Source of the DNA: Diplonema japonicum
Lineage: Eukaryota; Protista; Euglenozoa: Diplonemea
Direction of reading: 5' to 3'
NCBI GenBank assembly: GCA_964019335.1
Contig: OZ025687.1
Span: 186,001 to 250,000, forward strand
DNA: 64,000 nucleotides
Shown piece after piece: positions 1 to 10,810 of this stretch (position 1 is the stretch's first letter; every line of letters begins with the position of its first letter). The notes beneath the pieces are model-generated. The model saw only the letters and a list, made by a program, of their open reading frames with translations, ran no database searches and was not told where the DNA came from. Made by a program: the position numbers and the translations under genes.

Positions 1-2829
1 TGATTCGTACGACTTAATGGCGCTCTGGACATCGCCGAGCGACTCCAGATGTCGGGCGTGTGAGTAGTAGATAGTCCGTAGGTGGATCCTGTCCTTGTCC
101 TCTGCTGTTTTGATGGCTTCGTCCCACCTCCCGCATGCCTGTGAGGTTTGATGGTATTGCGTGTTGTCGATGTATACCTGATGCATGATGTTCAGCAGGT
201 CGTACCTCCCACACTTGATGTACAGCCTTTCTGCATCTTCGATGAGGCCGAGCTGCAGCGCCAACATTGCAATGTGTGCTTCCACCTCGGGCTCCTTCTT
301 GGCTTCCCTTAAGGCACGTGCACCTTTCGCATCCTGCATGTTGCCAAGACAAACCTGTATGATGTGGGTGCGCTGTTTTTCTCACATACCTCAGCAACAT
401 CAAGCCTGCCTGTCTTGACGCACATCTGCGCCATGTTCATCCACACATTCTCGTCTTTGATGAGCTTCACCGATCTATACGCCGCGTCCATGTCCCCGCA
501 GGCGAGGTTGTACGAAAAGTCAAGCAGTGCTTCGCGCACCCTCGGGTCTGTGCAGTCAATGCCCTCGAAGTCACGCATCACCTTCGATATGATGTTGGAC
601 GACAACTCGATGGAAGCCGAGCGTGACTTGCTGTAGAAGTAAAAGTTCGGTACAGAAAGCCCGATAAGCGCTGTCATGGTTTTGTCCAATGGGAACCTCT
701 CTTGTAGTTTTACGCCCTTCGCAGAGGCGAACAGCGTCACCACTTCAATCTTGGACACCTCGGCATTCTCTTCCTCCTTCTCTGCCGCCTCACCGGTGTC
801 CTGCTTCTTGTGCTTACCAGTCTCGCAGGCAAGGATCCGCGGTTCCGTCTCGTCCCAGCAGATGGTGTTCGGTGACCTGTTGAGTGTCGCGAAGTCGAAC
901 GTCATAACCTTGTCGCGCTCCAGGTCGCAGATGAAGACCTTCGTAGCCATCATCTGTTAGGTATTTCATTAATTAATCACAGCATACCGATTGGCCGTGG
1001 GCGTCCGTTTGCTTCGCGAGCACAGCTACCTGACTACCGTTGCAGTTCACAGCAATGCTGTCTATGCTAAGGCTGCCAGGTTCCCAAAGTTGCTTTGGGT
1101 ATCCGTGTGCCTTGTCTTCGCCAGCCCTGCCTCCGATCCACCAGCAGCTTACATAACTCTTGCTAGTTGCGACCACAAGGAAGTCCCCGTTGACGTGTGT
1201 GTGTGTCGCGTCACCCTCGTGAGCCTTTATGGATAGGTGAGAGAGCTTCTGCAGCTGGTGGTTGTACAGCTCGATGCTGCTGATACCCCGCTCAGTGCGC
1301 GTGACAAGGATTTTGTCGGAGTGCAGGGCAACACCCGTGTTCTCGGTTTCGATGACACCCTGTGTGGTTAAATAAAGGAACGGCAACATACCACAGACAC
1401 CGCCTTGTTCATGTGCACGTGGAACACTTCTACCTCTTTGTTGTTCCACGCAGCGAAGTAGGAGCCTGCCAAGTCCACGCCCTTGACGCGGATCTGCGCT
1501 GTGGTAGTGAACACCTGGCGCTGGAGGATGTCCTCGTAGAGCACAAGGTTGGGGGTGAGCTGGATGACGGCTGCGCTGCGCCACAAACGGCGCTTGAGGG
1601 CGGTGCCGTGCAGGATGGAGATGGAGTCCGGAGCTGCGGCTGCTAAGAGGGACTCGCCAGGCCCCCATGTGATGTCGGGGACAGGATCGTCGAGGCGCAC
1701 TTCAGACAGTGAAACCCAGTCCTCCTCTGAGGTGGAAATCTGCCCGCCCGTGTACTGCCAAAACAGCACCTTCCCCCCTTTGGTCCCCCCCACGATGGTC
1801 CGCTTTGCGCTGTTGTACGATATCGAAAGGATCTTTTCTGCTCGCAGCTCTTGCTCGCCTTGCAGGATGTAGTTCTCGTTCGCATCGATGTTCCACACAC
1901 GAACCATGCTCTCGTGCGCGCACGTTGCCAGCAGGCCCTGCCCGATCCAGATCATCTGCGCGGAGGCGGTGTTCGCACCTTTGCCGAAGGATATTCTGAA
2001 CCTCGCTTGCTGGGACCATCTGTTGCCCTCAGCGAGTACGTAGTAGGAGACACCGCTGGCTTGGTTCATGGCGACAAGGCCGCTCTTCTGCGGGTGGTAG
2101 AGGAGGGAGGTGATGGGCTGGTTGTCGAGGTTGAAGACGACGCTGCAGTTGCCGTCCTCGTCTACACCCCACACGTTACCGGAGGTGCCACCCATGAACC
2201 ACGTGCACTGCTCGTTGAAGCGTGCGACGGGGTAGGCAGGGTTCAGGTCGGGCTCGTCCTCGTCCTCGAGCATGAGACGCTGCTCGTCGTTGAGTTCGCT
2301 CTCCTCGTTAGCAACGTTGTTAAGCTGGCGTTCTTTGGGCTTCGCACGGAAGACGACATGTGTGAGGGCACCCTCAAGGTATTCCCTGTCCTTGTTTGAA
2401 TTGTGTTGAGATATGACATTCCTTTCGCCTCTCCACACACACCACACACCGTGCGTGTCGCCGGTCAAGACCTTGTCGCCAGCAGTGTTCCAGCAGACAA
2501 TCCCTAGTGGGTTTCCTTTGTGTGGTGAGGAGACTTCTTGAACTTCATTTTCTGCAGACCAGATTAGGATCGACCCGTCCTTCCACCCCGTGCAAAGAAC
2601 TTTTCGCCTTGGGTGCCAATCAAATGCTGTACATGTTAAACAGTTATCGCTCGAGTTCCCGTGACAGAAGCTGTGGATCAACGCACCTTCGTCTGCGTAA
2701 ATGCTGACCCGTCCGGCGATCCCGAACTCCCCTGACGAGACAGCTAGTATAGGATACTGGGGGTGCCATTTGTTTCCCAACACCGCCACCTGCTCCGACT
2801 TTATCTTGAAGTTAAAATGCAGCGCCATT
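1..2829 (-). CDS. IFT140: Intraflagellar transport protein 140 (IFT-A subunit), 3' end runs off the window
   Basis: Starts MALHFNFKIK (ATG at about 2829). N-terminal WD40 propeller (WHPQYPILAV, FDWHPRRKVLCTGW), then TPR region with '[53 protein letters not shown]'. In-frame GT-AG introns at 1360-1391, 954-987, 355-389, 139-177. Confidence 0.93.
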
Positions 2830-4766
2830 GTTTCAGGGCTTTTCTTCTTCTTTTTTTTTTTTTTTTTTTTTTGGTCTCCTCTTTTTTCTTTTCCTTCCTC
2901 CGCCCCCTCCTGTGTATGTGGTGTCTTTTTTTTTTTTTTTTTTTTTCCTTCCTCCAAATGAAAATAATGAAACAGATATAAAAAAAAAAAAAAAAAAGAT
3001 AATGTCGCCGAATGGTACAGAGGAAAGCTCATTAAAGAGAAATAACCTCGTAAGTAGAAAGAAAACCAAAAAAAAAAGAAAAACCACAGATTTTCGAAGC
3101 AACCGGGGAAAGGGAAGGGGGGGGGGGGACTGTTCTTTTTCTTTTAAAAAAAAGGAAATTTCGATTTAGTTCTGGCCTAAGGACACGGATCTTTCAATAT
3201 AATAAAAAGAAGAAAAAAAGGAGAGAGGGGGAGGAGGGGGGGAAGAGGAGAGACTATCAAGACACCTCCATCTAAGCATCCTCGCTTTCTTTTAAAGCTG
3301 GAACAAAAGTGGTTCAGGATGCAAGCAGAAGTGTCGCTCTTCTTTTCGGTATTCTTGAGTAGGTACACAAAAATCTTCTTTTTTTTTCCCTCCCCCTTCC
3401 CTCTTTTGTTTTATATTTATATTTTATAATAGGTTACAATGTTATTACTATATGTATCCCCTTTTCATTCCCCCTTGCTGGTCCTATTGCGTGACGATAT
3501 CCCAGCGGGGGGGAGGGGAGTGGAAATTATTTTCATTTTTCTTTCCCATAACAACCTCACTATTTTGCAAAGGAGGTGTTTCAAGATAAAAAAAATGTAA
3601 ACTTCAAAGGGAAGGAAGAGAGAGATGGGGATCTTCTTCATTTTACAAGAAGAGCTACTGTTAAATATAAAAATTCTTTTAAAAAAAAAAGAAATTGTCA
3701 ACTCGTGCCTATTTAAAAACCCTATTCTTTTCTTTTCTTTTTTTTTTGCTTTTCTCCCTTTCCTTTCTCGAGCGAAGAAATCAAAAAACGGCAAATCTTT
3801 TTTTTTTTTCCCCGTTTCTTTTTAAATTCATGTTTTCATGTTTGTCAACAACAAGCCTTTTCTTCTTCTTTTTTTTTTCTTTCTCAAAAAAAAAAAGATC
3901 TCTTTTTTCACCAAAGAGTCGCTTTCTTCTTTTTTTCTTTTTTCTTCTCTGGTTCACAGCGATTCTTAGAGGAGGGGGGGGGGGGGGGGGGGGGAGAAGA
4001 AGAAAAGACGTTTAGCTCACTTCTTGCCAACATTCGCGAAATGCGGAAAAGGCTTCTATGGTAGCATTGAAGGAAAGAATAAAAATAAAAAGCCCATACG
4101 AGCAAGGAAGCCTGCTAGTGTCCCTACACACTGTAGTGTAGTCAGAAAAGTGAATGACAGGTGGGGGGGGGGGGATTCTTTTTTAGAGTAATCAAGGTAG
4201 AAAATCACTTTGATGTGGGGGGAAAATGGCAGCAACAAGCCCCACCGGAAGGAACAAAAAAAAAGATTACAGTAAGTCACTATGAATGAATGAAGGTTTA
4301 AAAAAAAGAGAGGGAAGAAGCGGGAAGGGGGGGGGGGGGGGGGATGGTCAAACGCAGTGGGAACTAAGCCTTGCTGTGCTTTTTAAAAAGAAATAACAGT
4401 TTGTCTCGGTTCAGTTCAAAAGCTTGTTTATCCATAAACTGCCTTTGCCTCCCCCCCCCCCCCCCCCCCCTCTGGTGGTATATAAATTCCTTTGGACAAA
4501 TAAATAAGAAGAAACGGAAGGGGGGGGAGAGAGAGAGAGCAGGATTTCTGCTTTTATGGGAGTTCTTTTAGAGAGAAAAAGGAAGATAGACGCCCGAGAA
4601 AAAAAAAAGAAAAAAACAGAAAAAAAAAGAGTAAAAGAATGGATGGCTCTTTATTACCAAACAAACGAATCAACAATTGAACTCGTTTATTTTCTTTTTT
4701 CATGTTTTCTTTTTTTTTTTCTTTCTTTCTTTTCTTTTTTCTCTTTTTTGCACGAGGGACCATGCA

Positions 4767-4799
<33 letters not shown>

Positions 4800-5037
4800 A
4801 TGGGTAACGAGAGTTAACACTGTTTGGTTTCTAAAATTCACTTCCTGTATTTCTTTTTTTTTTTTCTCTTTCTTTTTTACAGCATGATTTCAAATGCTGG
4901 ATATTAAAAAAAAAAGACATGAAAATCTCACAAGTACTGCGATGTATGTAACTATGGCCTGCCTAGGATGAGTAGGACCATAAGGGACCTCCCCTCTTGG
5001 AGTGAAAGTACAGAAAAAAACATAAAAAAAAAAAAAC

Positions 5038-5233
5038 TCAAATTAACATGCAAACTCCCAGAGCGAAAGCCGCATGCCCTAAAAAGGGAGGGGGGTATGG
5101 TCAGTACTAGGTATCTCTCAGTTTCGATCTAATCTTGCGACTCCTCCAAGTGCTGATCTCTTCAGGCAAGAAGCACCCTTCATTGGCTCCCACTAGCGTC
5201 CCAGCAGGTTTGGAGAGTACTTTTCCCGACCAC
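5038..5233 (-). ncRNA. Hammerhead-ribozyme-like element, copy 1 (non-canonical strand order)
   Basis: Minus strand reads UCUUGC-CUGAAGA-GAUC...AGUC-GCAAGA-UUA-GAUC-GAAAC. Core CUGAAGA at 5165-5159, GUC at 5141-5139, GAAA at 5125-5122. Homologous to 20222-20386 with covarying stems. Confidence 0.72.
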
Positions 5234-5807
5234 AAAAAACATAAAAAAAAAAAAAAAAAAAAAACAGAAGTAAAAGATAGATGAACTATGCTCTTCCAGA
5301 CATCACCCATGGCATCCGTGAGAGGGCAAAGGTGCACAGTCTCCTCGTCTTTACCCGCTTTGGAGGCGCCGTCACTCGCCCAAGACCGGCTGGTCTTGCT
5401 GCCCCCCCCCCCCCCCCCCCCCCCCACAAAGAAAATAAATAAATGAATAAATAAAGGAACATTCGTATGGGGGCAAATTCTTCTTGAAACAAATACGGGG
5501 GAGGTGGGGAAGGGGAGGGGGGAGGGGAGCTTAGGTAACGGAGTTCTATTGTCCTAGCTTTTGAAATAATATAAAAAAAAAAAATATACATGGTGCCCTT
5601 TTTTTTTTTCTTCCCAAGTTGTTCTTTGCTTTTTCTTCCCCCTCGTGTCTTCTTGAGGGAAAGGAGGGATCGGGGAATCTATATATGTATTCCCCCCACT
5701 TCCCCCCCCCCCCCCCTTCTTTTCTCCTTCTCTTCTTTTTTACTTAAGAATTATAATAATAAAGCCGATAAAAGGTTTCGTGAGGTCAAATTCTAGACTT
5801 TTCTTTT

Positions 5808-8800
5808 TCACACAGCTATGGCAATAGTGTTCTTGTTAACTGGCTTCCTTCGTCTATGCCGTGGGGATACGGGTGGGGTGGACTGGCTATCAGGGTTTGA
5901 CGGGGATGCAGGAAGAACAAGGCCGGCGTCTGGTGTATCGCTTACCTTGGGAGAAAGATGCTGAGAGGGAATCGAACAAGTGCGGACGTCGTCCTTCAGC
6001 TCCGCCCACGAGAGGTTAGTCAGTGTGGCGGTGGACTTCTTCTCCAATAGAAGAGGGCATTCCAGCTCAAGGGACGAAAGGTCACCGTTTGTGTTATTCG
6101 TCGACCCCGGCAGCACGGTGCTGCTCACATCTGCCATCAAGGCGCTCCAGGTACGCTTCCTCCGGCTTGGAGGCATTTTCCTCACTTCCACCACCTCCTC
6201 GTCACTGTCGATGTCTTTGCTTTCTACGTCTCTACTTTCACACTTCATGACAGGCAGCATTTCACCGATTTCTAGTTCGCACTCATCGTCATCCATCAGC
6301 AGCCTCTTGTCATATTCTTCCCACTCCAGCTTTTGCAGCCGTGTCCGCCGCCCTTTGCACAGCACGTACAGCTCTGTAGCCATGTCGAGAAGGACCTTGA
6401 TCAGCAGTGTGACCAACGCTCCTAGAAACTGTTAGTTTGGTTGTTATTATTAGATGATAAAAAACTTAAGCAAAGAGACATACAAAGATAGCCGCCAAGC
6501 CCATCGCATTGTGCGTAACATCTTCCGCGTAGTACGCGACAGCCGCGCACAGCAGCCCCACCGACTGCAGCAGCAACCGTACACCATCCGCCCAGTTGTC
6601 CCTCATCCTGATGTGCGGCCGCTTCCATGCTTCGACCAAACAGGACAGAAGACAGAGCACCGATAAGAAGACACGGATGTGGCCGCACTGTTGGTATGTG
6701 GAGGCGGGTATCGCTGTCCCCAGCCCGACGAGGAACATGAGGCCGAAGTCGTTGGCTAAGTACCAACAACACGCTTCTCGGAAGGCACGGAGCTGCAAGC
6801 TGAACCGAAAGGTGACGGGGTTTGTTCTCCTCCGTGACACCCACTCCCCTTTGCCCACGATGAACGTCATCCATCGGCTCGTGGGCACGTCCACCTCCCT
6901 GTAACGTGCTTGTTCCGTCTTCACCGCGTCGTACAGAATGTACCCCACATAGCCAGGAACGAGGATCAGGGCACCCACAATGAACAGGCCCACAGTCACG
7001 TGCAACGCAGCCCCGCTGAAAATCAAGGCCCACCCGCACTTAGCCTGTCCCTGGTATAGGAACAAGAACACGAATAGGGAACCCCCTGGGAACCGGATAA
7101 GACCTTGGGCTGCGCTGGTGGTTGTGACTGGCAACCAGTGAGACGGCCCAAGCGTAGGAACCTTCGCAGTCTGTAGAAACAGAAGATTAAACTTTTACTT
7201 TTTTTCTTTAATTCATACCACGCGCTTAACGAGCAAAGAGGCCAAGTATTGCAACCCAAAGGCACTCATCATTATGAGTGTGTTGTATGAAGCAGCCCCC
7301 AGGCAGTCGCTGCCGTCTATGGGCAGACCCAAGGGGTTCATGGAACGGGGGAGTTTTTGTACCGTGCCGTTACCGCACCTGGAAGAGGTTGAAGAAGGAA
7401 AAAAAGGTACATACTCTAAATCAAGAAGCAGGGCTATCTGCTGAGCACCTTGCGGTGCACCTCCAAGGACTGCAGCCACGCCCACGACGTTTTCCCCGAC
7501 AAGGCTTTTGATCTTCTCAGCTTCAACTACGATAACAGCCTCGCCCATGTCAACAACGCGTGTGTACCACAGTGCATCGTCGCTGACCCTGATGGTGACA
7601 GTCTCCTCCATGTCCGCCCTGTACCCGTTGATCATAACCTTGAAGGCGACAGCCCTCTCGCTGAACGAGAGCACGTCGATGCTGATCTTTTGGTTGTCGA
7701 TAGCCCATTGCATCCCATTCTTCAGCTTTTGGTTGTTCGTCCCGAACGAGAACAGGTTCGTGGTAGCTTCGTCACCCTTCCACATATTTCTATCGAAGCT
7801 TCCAGCACTGAGCTCTAGTTTAATCTCGATCCCCGAGTCACCTATGTCGTCCGAGTGCAAGACTCCCATATAAGACCACTGCAGCACGCCTGTCGAGATG
7901 GGTGTGTTTGTGTCGGCAACGGGCGCACCTCCATCAGGCACCAGCTGAGGAGGCAAAGCGGGTGGGTGCTGCGGAGTGTCTGCTTGGATAGGAGTAGCAA
8001 CGGTTGGCTGCGGTTGCACAGGCGCAGTAAGATTCGCAGGGGGTTCAACAGGTGGAAGCACCGGAGGCAGGATAGGAGGTTCTGCTGGCGGAGTCACCGG
8101 CGGCAGCACTGGAGGTGTGATTGGAGCAGTTTGTGGTGGTAGCACAGGGGGGGTGACAGGAGGAGTTTGAGGTGGCAACACCGGAGGCGTGGCTGGAGGT
8201 GTTTGAGGTGGCAACACCGGCGGTGTGGCCGGAGGAGTTTGTGGTGGTAGCACAGGTGGCGTGACAGGGGGCGTTTGGGGCGGTAGCACAGGAGGTTCTG
8301 CTGGCGGAGTCACCGGCGGCAGCACCGGAGGTGTGATTGGAGGAGTTTGAGGTGGTAGCACAGGGGGGGTGACTGGAGGAGTTTGAGGTGGCAGCACAGG
8401 CGGTGTAACTGGAGGAGTTTGAGGTGGAAGAACAGGCGGTGTGACTGGAGGAGTTTGAGGTGGAAGAACAGGAGGAGCTTGAGGCGGCTCAACTGGGGGG
8501 TTCTGTGGTGGCTCAACAGGCGGAGTGATTGGAGGGTTTCTAGGAGGTTCGACAGGAGGCGCCACAGGAGGTTCTACACACTGAGGAGTCATGCACACAC
8601 ACCAGTGGTCTACGGGGTCACAATCTTTCAGGTGGATAGTACCAGAGTTTAAAAAAAGGTGACTATTGTCTGTGTGCCAAATATAGCACCCGTGAGGGAC
8701 CGGGAAATTGGGATCGATGTTCGCTGAGTCTTCTAAATCGGGCGCCTTGCTCGGTGTGACGCCGAGATCCGTGGCTGCCCTTAAACAAGTTTCGCCATCA

Positions 8801-8943
8801 CTGATGATCACCAGAGACATTGTGTCGCATGTGCCCATCTTCAACACTGAATACGCACATCCGGGAGGGAGCTCCTTTGGGGCCAGGGCAATCGGTGTTA
8901 CTGCACCGTAGGCCAGCCCCAGCAATGGGAGCACCCACGCCAT
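5808..8943 (-). CDS. Large surface membrane protein: signal peptide, Cys-rich domain, Pro-rich repeat stalk, multi-pass TM region, acidic/Ser-rich tail
   Basis: ORFs 7213-8943, 6466-7134 and 5808-6416 join through GT-AG introns at about 7379-7414, 7171-7218 and 6422-6483. N-terminus MAWVLPLLGLAYG is signal-like; several hydrophobic helices follow. Confidence 0.7.
8040..8575 (-). repeat. Coding tandem repeat, about 36-nt unit (PPVLPPQTPPVT)n
   Basis: Repeated PPVLPPQT/PPVT peptide units with synonymous variation. Confidence 0.9.
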
Positions 8944-9219
8944 CGTTGGTTATACCTTGTTTTTTTTTCTTTTTCTTTCCTTTTTTCTTTTTTGTCTTCT
9001 CCCTTCCTTCTTCTTTTCTTTTGTTGCAGTTTTTCTACTTTATCTTGTTGTTTTTTCAGAACATCTTTTTTTTTTCTTTTTTTTTTTCCTTTCTTTCTTT
9101 TTAAATATTTCCCTCGTGTATGGTCCTTTTTTTTTGTTTGGTTGGAAGGTTCGATGTACTTCAAAACAAAATTAACTTGTGCGTTTCTCAATATCTAACC
9201 GTTCATGTCGTGCGCTCCA

Positions 9220-9840
9220 CTATTTCAAGGCGGCCTCGATGGCCTCACAAATGGTCACAGGTGATGCCAAACCACCGACACCGACATCGCCACAAGCTAC
9301 TCGCTTCTCCACAGGGGGGACCAGGATCGCTCCAGAAGCCTGAATGGCTGCTATTTGTGTATGTGTCACATTTTGCGCCCACATCACGGGGTTCATGGCC
9401 GGTGCCACAATGAAAGGCTTTGTGGGTACGGTAAATGAAGGGTGTATGTTATAAGGCCAGGCTCGCACAACCGACATAAGTAGGTTCGTGGCAAGTCCGT
9501 GAGTGATGCTTGCTAGGCTGTTCGCCGATAACGGTGCGATGCACAGGAGGGAGCATCGCTTCACAAGTTCAATGTGAACAACGTCATCCGCGCCCACTTT
9601 TTTGTAGGTGCTCCACTCGTCGTCGTCTGTGTACAGAGTCCCATTCATTTCTAAGAGTTTTTCTTCAAGGCCTTTTTCCACCACCTGGCCTTTGTACTCC
9701 GCCTTTAAAAAATTTTTAGCGGATTCTGTCACCACCACCACAACACCCCATCCTCTCTTATCTATCTCCTCGAGAATCTCCACAACCTTGACCGTCGCCA
9801 CGCTCCCTGTCAGACCCAAGCACACGATGGGTTTGGGCAT
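9220..9840 (-). CDS. PPCDC: Phosphopantothenoylcysteine decarboxylase (HFCD flavoprotein, HAL3/CoaC family)
   Basis: Motifs GLTGSVA, HIEL, IAPLSANSLA, PAMNPVMW and ACGDVGVGGLA. Confidence 0.9.
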   Translation of the reverse strand: MPKPIVCLGLTGSVATVKVVEILEEIDKRGWGVVVVVTESAKNFLKAEYKGQVVEKGLEEKLLEMNGTLYTDDDEWSTYKKVGADDVVHIELVKRCSLLCIAPLSANSLASITHGLATNLLMSVVRAWPYNIHPSFTVPTKPFIVAPAMNPVMWAQNVTHTQIAAIQASGAILVPPVEKRVACGDVGVGGLASPVTICEAIEAALK

Positions 9841-10115
9841 TTTTTTTTTGTTTGGGCTGAGGAAGAGAAAATGATTGGGGGGGGGGGGGTGTCTTTTAAT
9901 TCAAAACAAGAAAGTTATACATGGGTTCTGATTGCCATTTAGAGAGAAAGAAAAGGGGGGGGGTAATCTTTTTTAGGGTTAGGGGGGGGGGGGTGGGGTT
10001 TTTTCTCTCTCTTTTTTTTTTCCTCTCTTCATTCTTCTGGACACTCCGCACTCGAAAACGTAAATCACGCAAAAAAAAAAAAAAGGGAAAAAAAAAAAAG
10101 AGGGAAAACTAGACG

Positions 10116-10210
10116 AAGGCTTGCGTTTTTGCGCTTACCAACTAGTCTTTGGCGGCTTCACCCTTTTGTGGGGGGGATGAGCGTGTTGAATGAAGCAGCC
10201 GCTTGCTTTC
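10116..10210 (-). mobile_element. Solo 3'-terminal remnant of the local non-LTR retrotransposon family
   Basis: 10116-10139 matches the LINE tail at 28956-28979 at 21/24 nt. On the minus strand it is preceded by GACTAG, versus GACTAA in the other copy. Confidence 0.5.
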
Positions 10211-10810
10211 TCTCGCAAAAAAAAAGGGGGTAGGGGGAGTAGATAGGATGTGATTTTTGGTTCGGTTTCCTTTTCTTTCTTTTTTTTTTTTTGCCCTTTC
10301 CCGTTTTTTTTTTTTTTTTTTTTTTTTTTTTTCCTTCATTTCTTTTTCTAGGGAAGGGAGATAGTAAATAGACCACGAAGCAAGAGTTTTTTTTTTTTTT
10401 TTCAATAACTTTATATCGGAATAATTCAAAAAAAAAAAAAAAAAAAAAAAAAAAGAAAAAGCACAGAAATCACACGTAAAGACACAGAAACGAGAGGGAA
10501 GAAAAAAAAAGGGGGGGGATGACTTTAGCTGCTCGAGCGGATGTTGCTTCCCTTCCGCGTATGTATAGCTGTGGGTGGGTTGCTATCTGTTGTCAGTACG
10601 AAGGCGCCGGACAACTCTTATCTCTACGCTCTGGTCGTGCTGCGCATTGCCCTTCAGCGAATTCTGGCCTTTCTGCCTACTGAACGGCAACAAAAAAAAA
10701 AAGAGACACTTTCAAAAGAAAAAGAGAAAACGCCACATTGCTACTCAGTGTCTTTTTTTTTTTTTTTTTTCCCCTCACCCTCCCTTTTTTTTTGTTTTTT
10801 TTTCTTGACC

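Noticed and set aside
4925-5013. Single-hairpin AGA-box (H/ACA-like) snoRNA
   Set aside because: An AGA follows the hairpin, but spacing from the upper stem (about 24 nt) is too long for a pseudouridylation pocket and no target could be checked.
5100-5125. Reading the element as an ordinary type I hammerhead using the downstream CUAGUA/CUAGUC as cleavage site
   Set aside because: Stem III can form, but the bases after that triplet (CUGACC / CUUUUU) cannot pair with the strand 5' of CUGAAGA. The internal GUC strand pairs fully and covaries.
2830-5800. Many short poly-Lys/poly-Phe/poly-Gly ORFs in spacers (also 27100-28950, 31860-32950 and elsewhere)
   Set aside because: Translations of A/T/G homopolymer runs with no protein-like content; run lengths may also include sequencing error.
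8040-8575. Regular repeats as a CRISPR-like array
   Set aside because: In-frame coding proline repeats without unique spacers, in a eukaryotic context with no cas genes.
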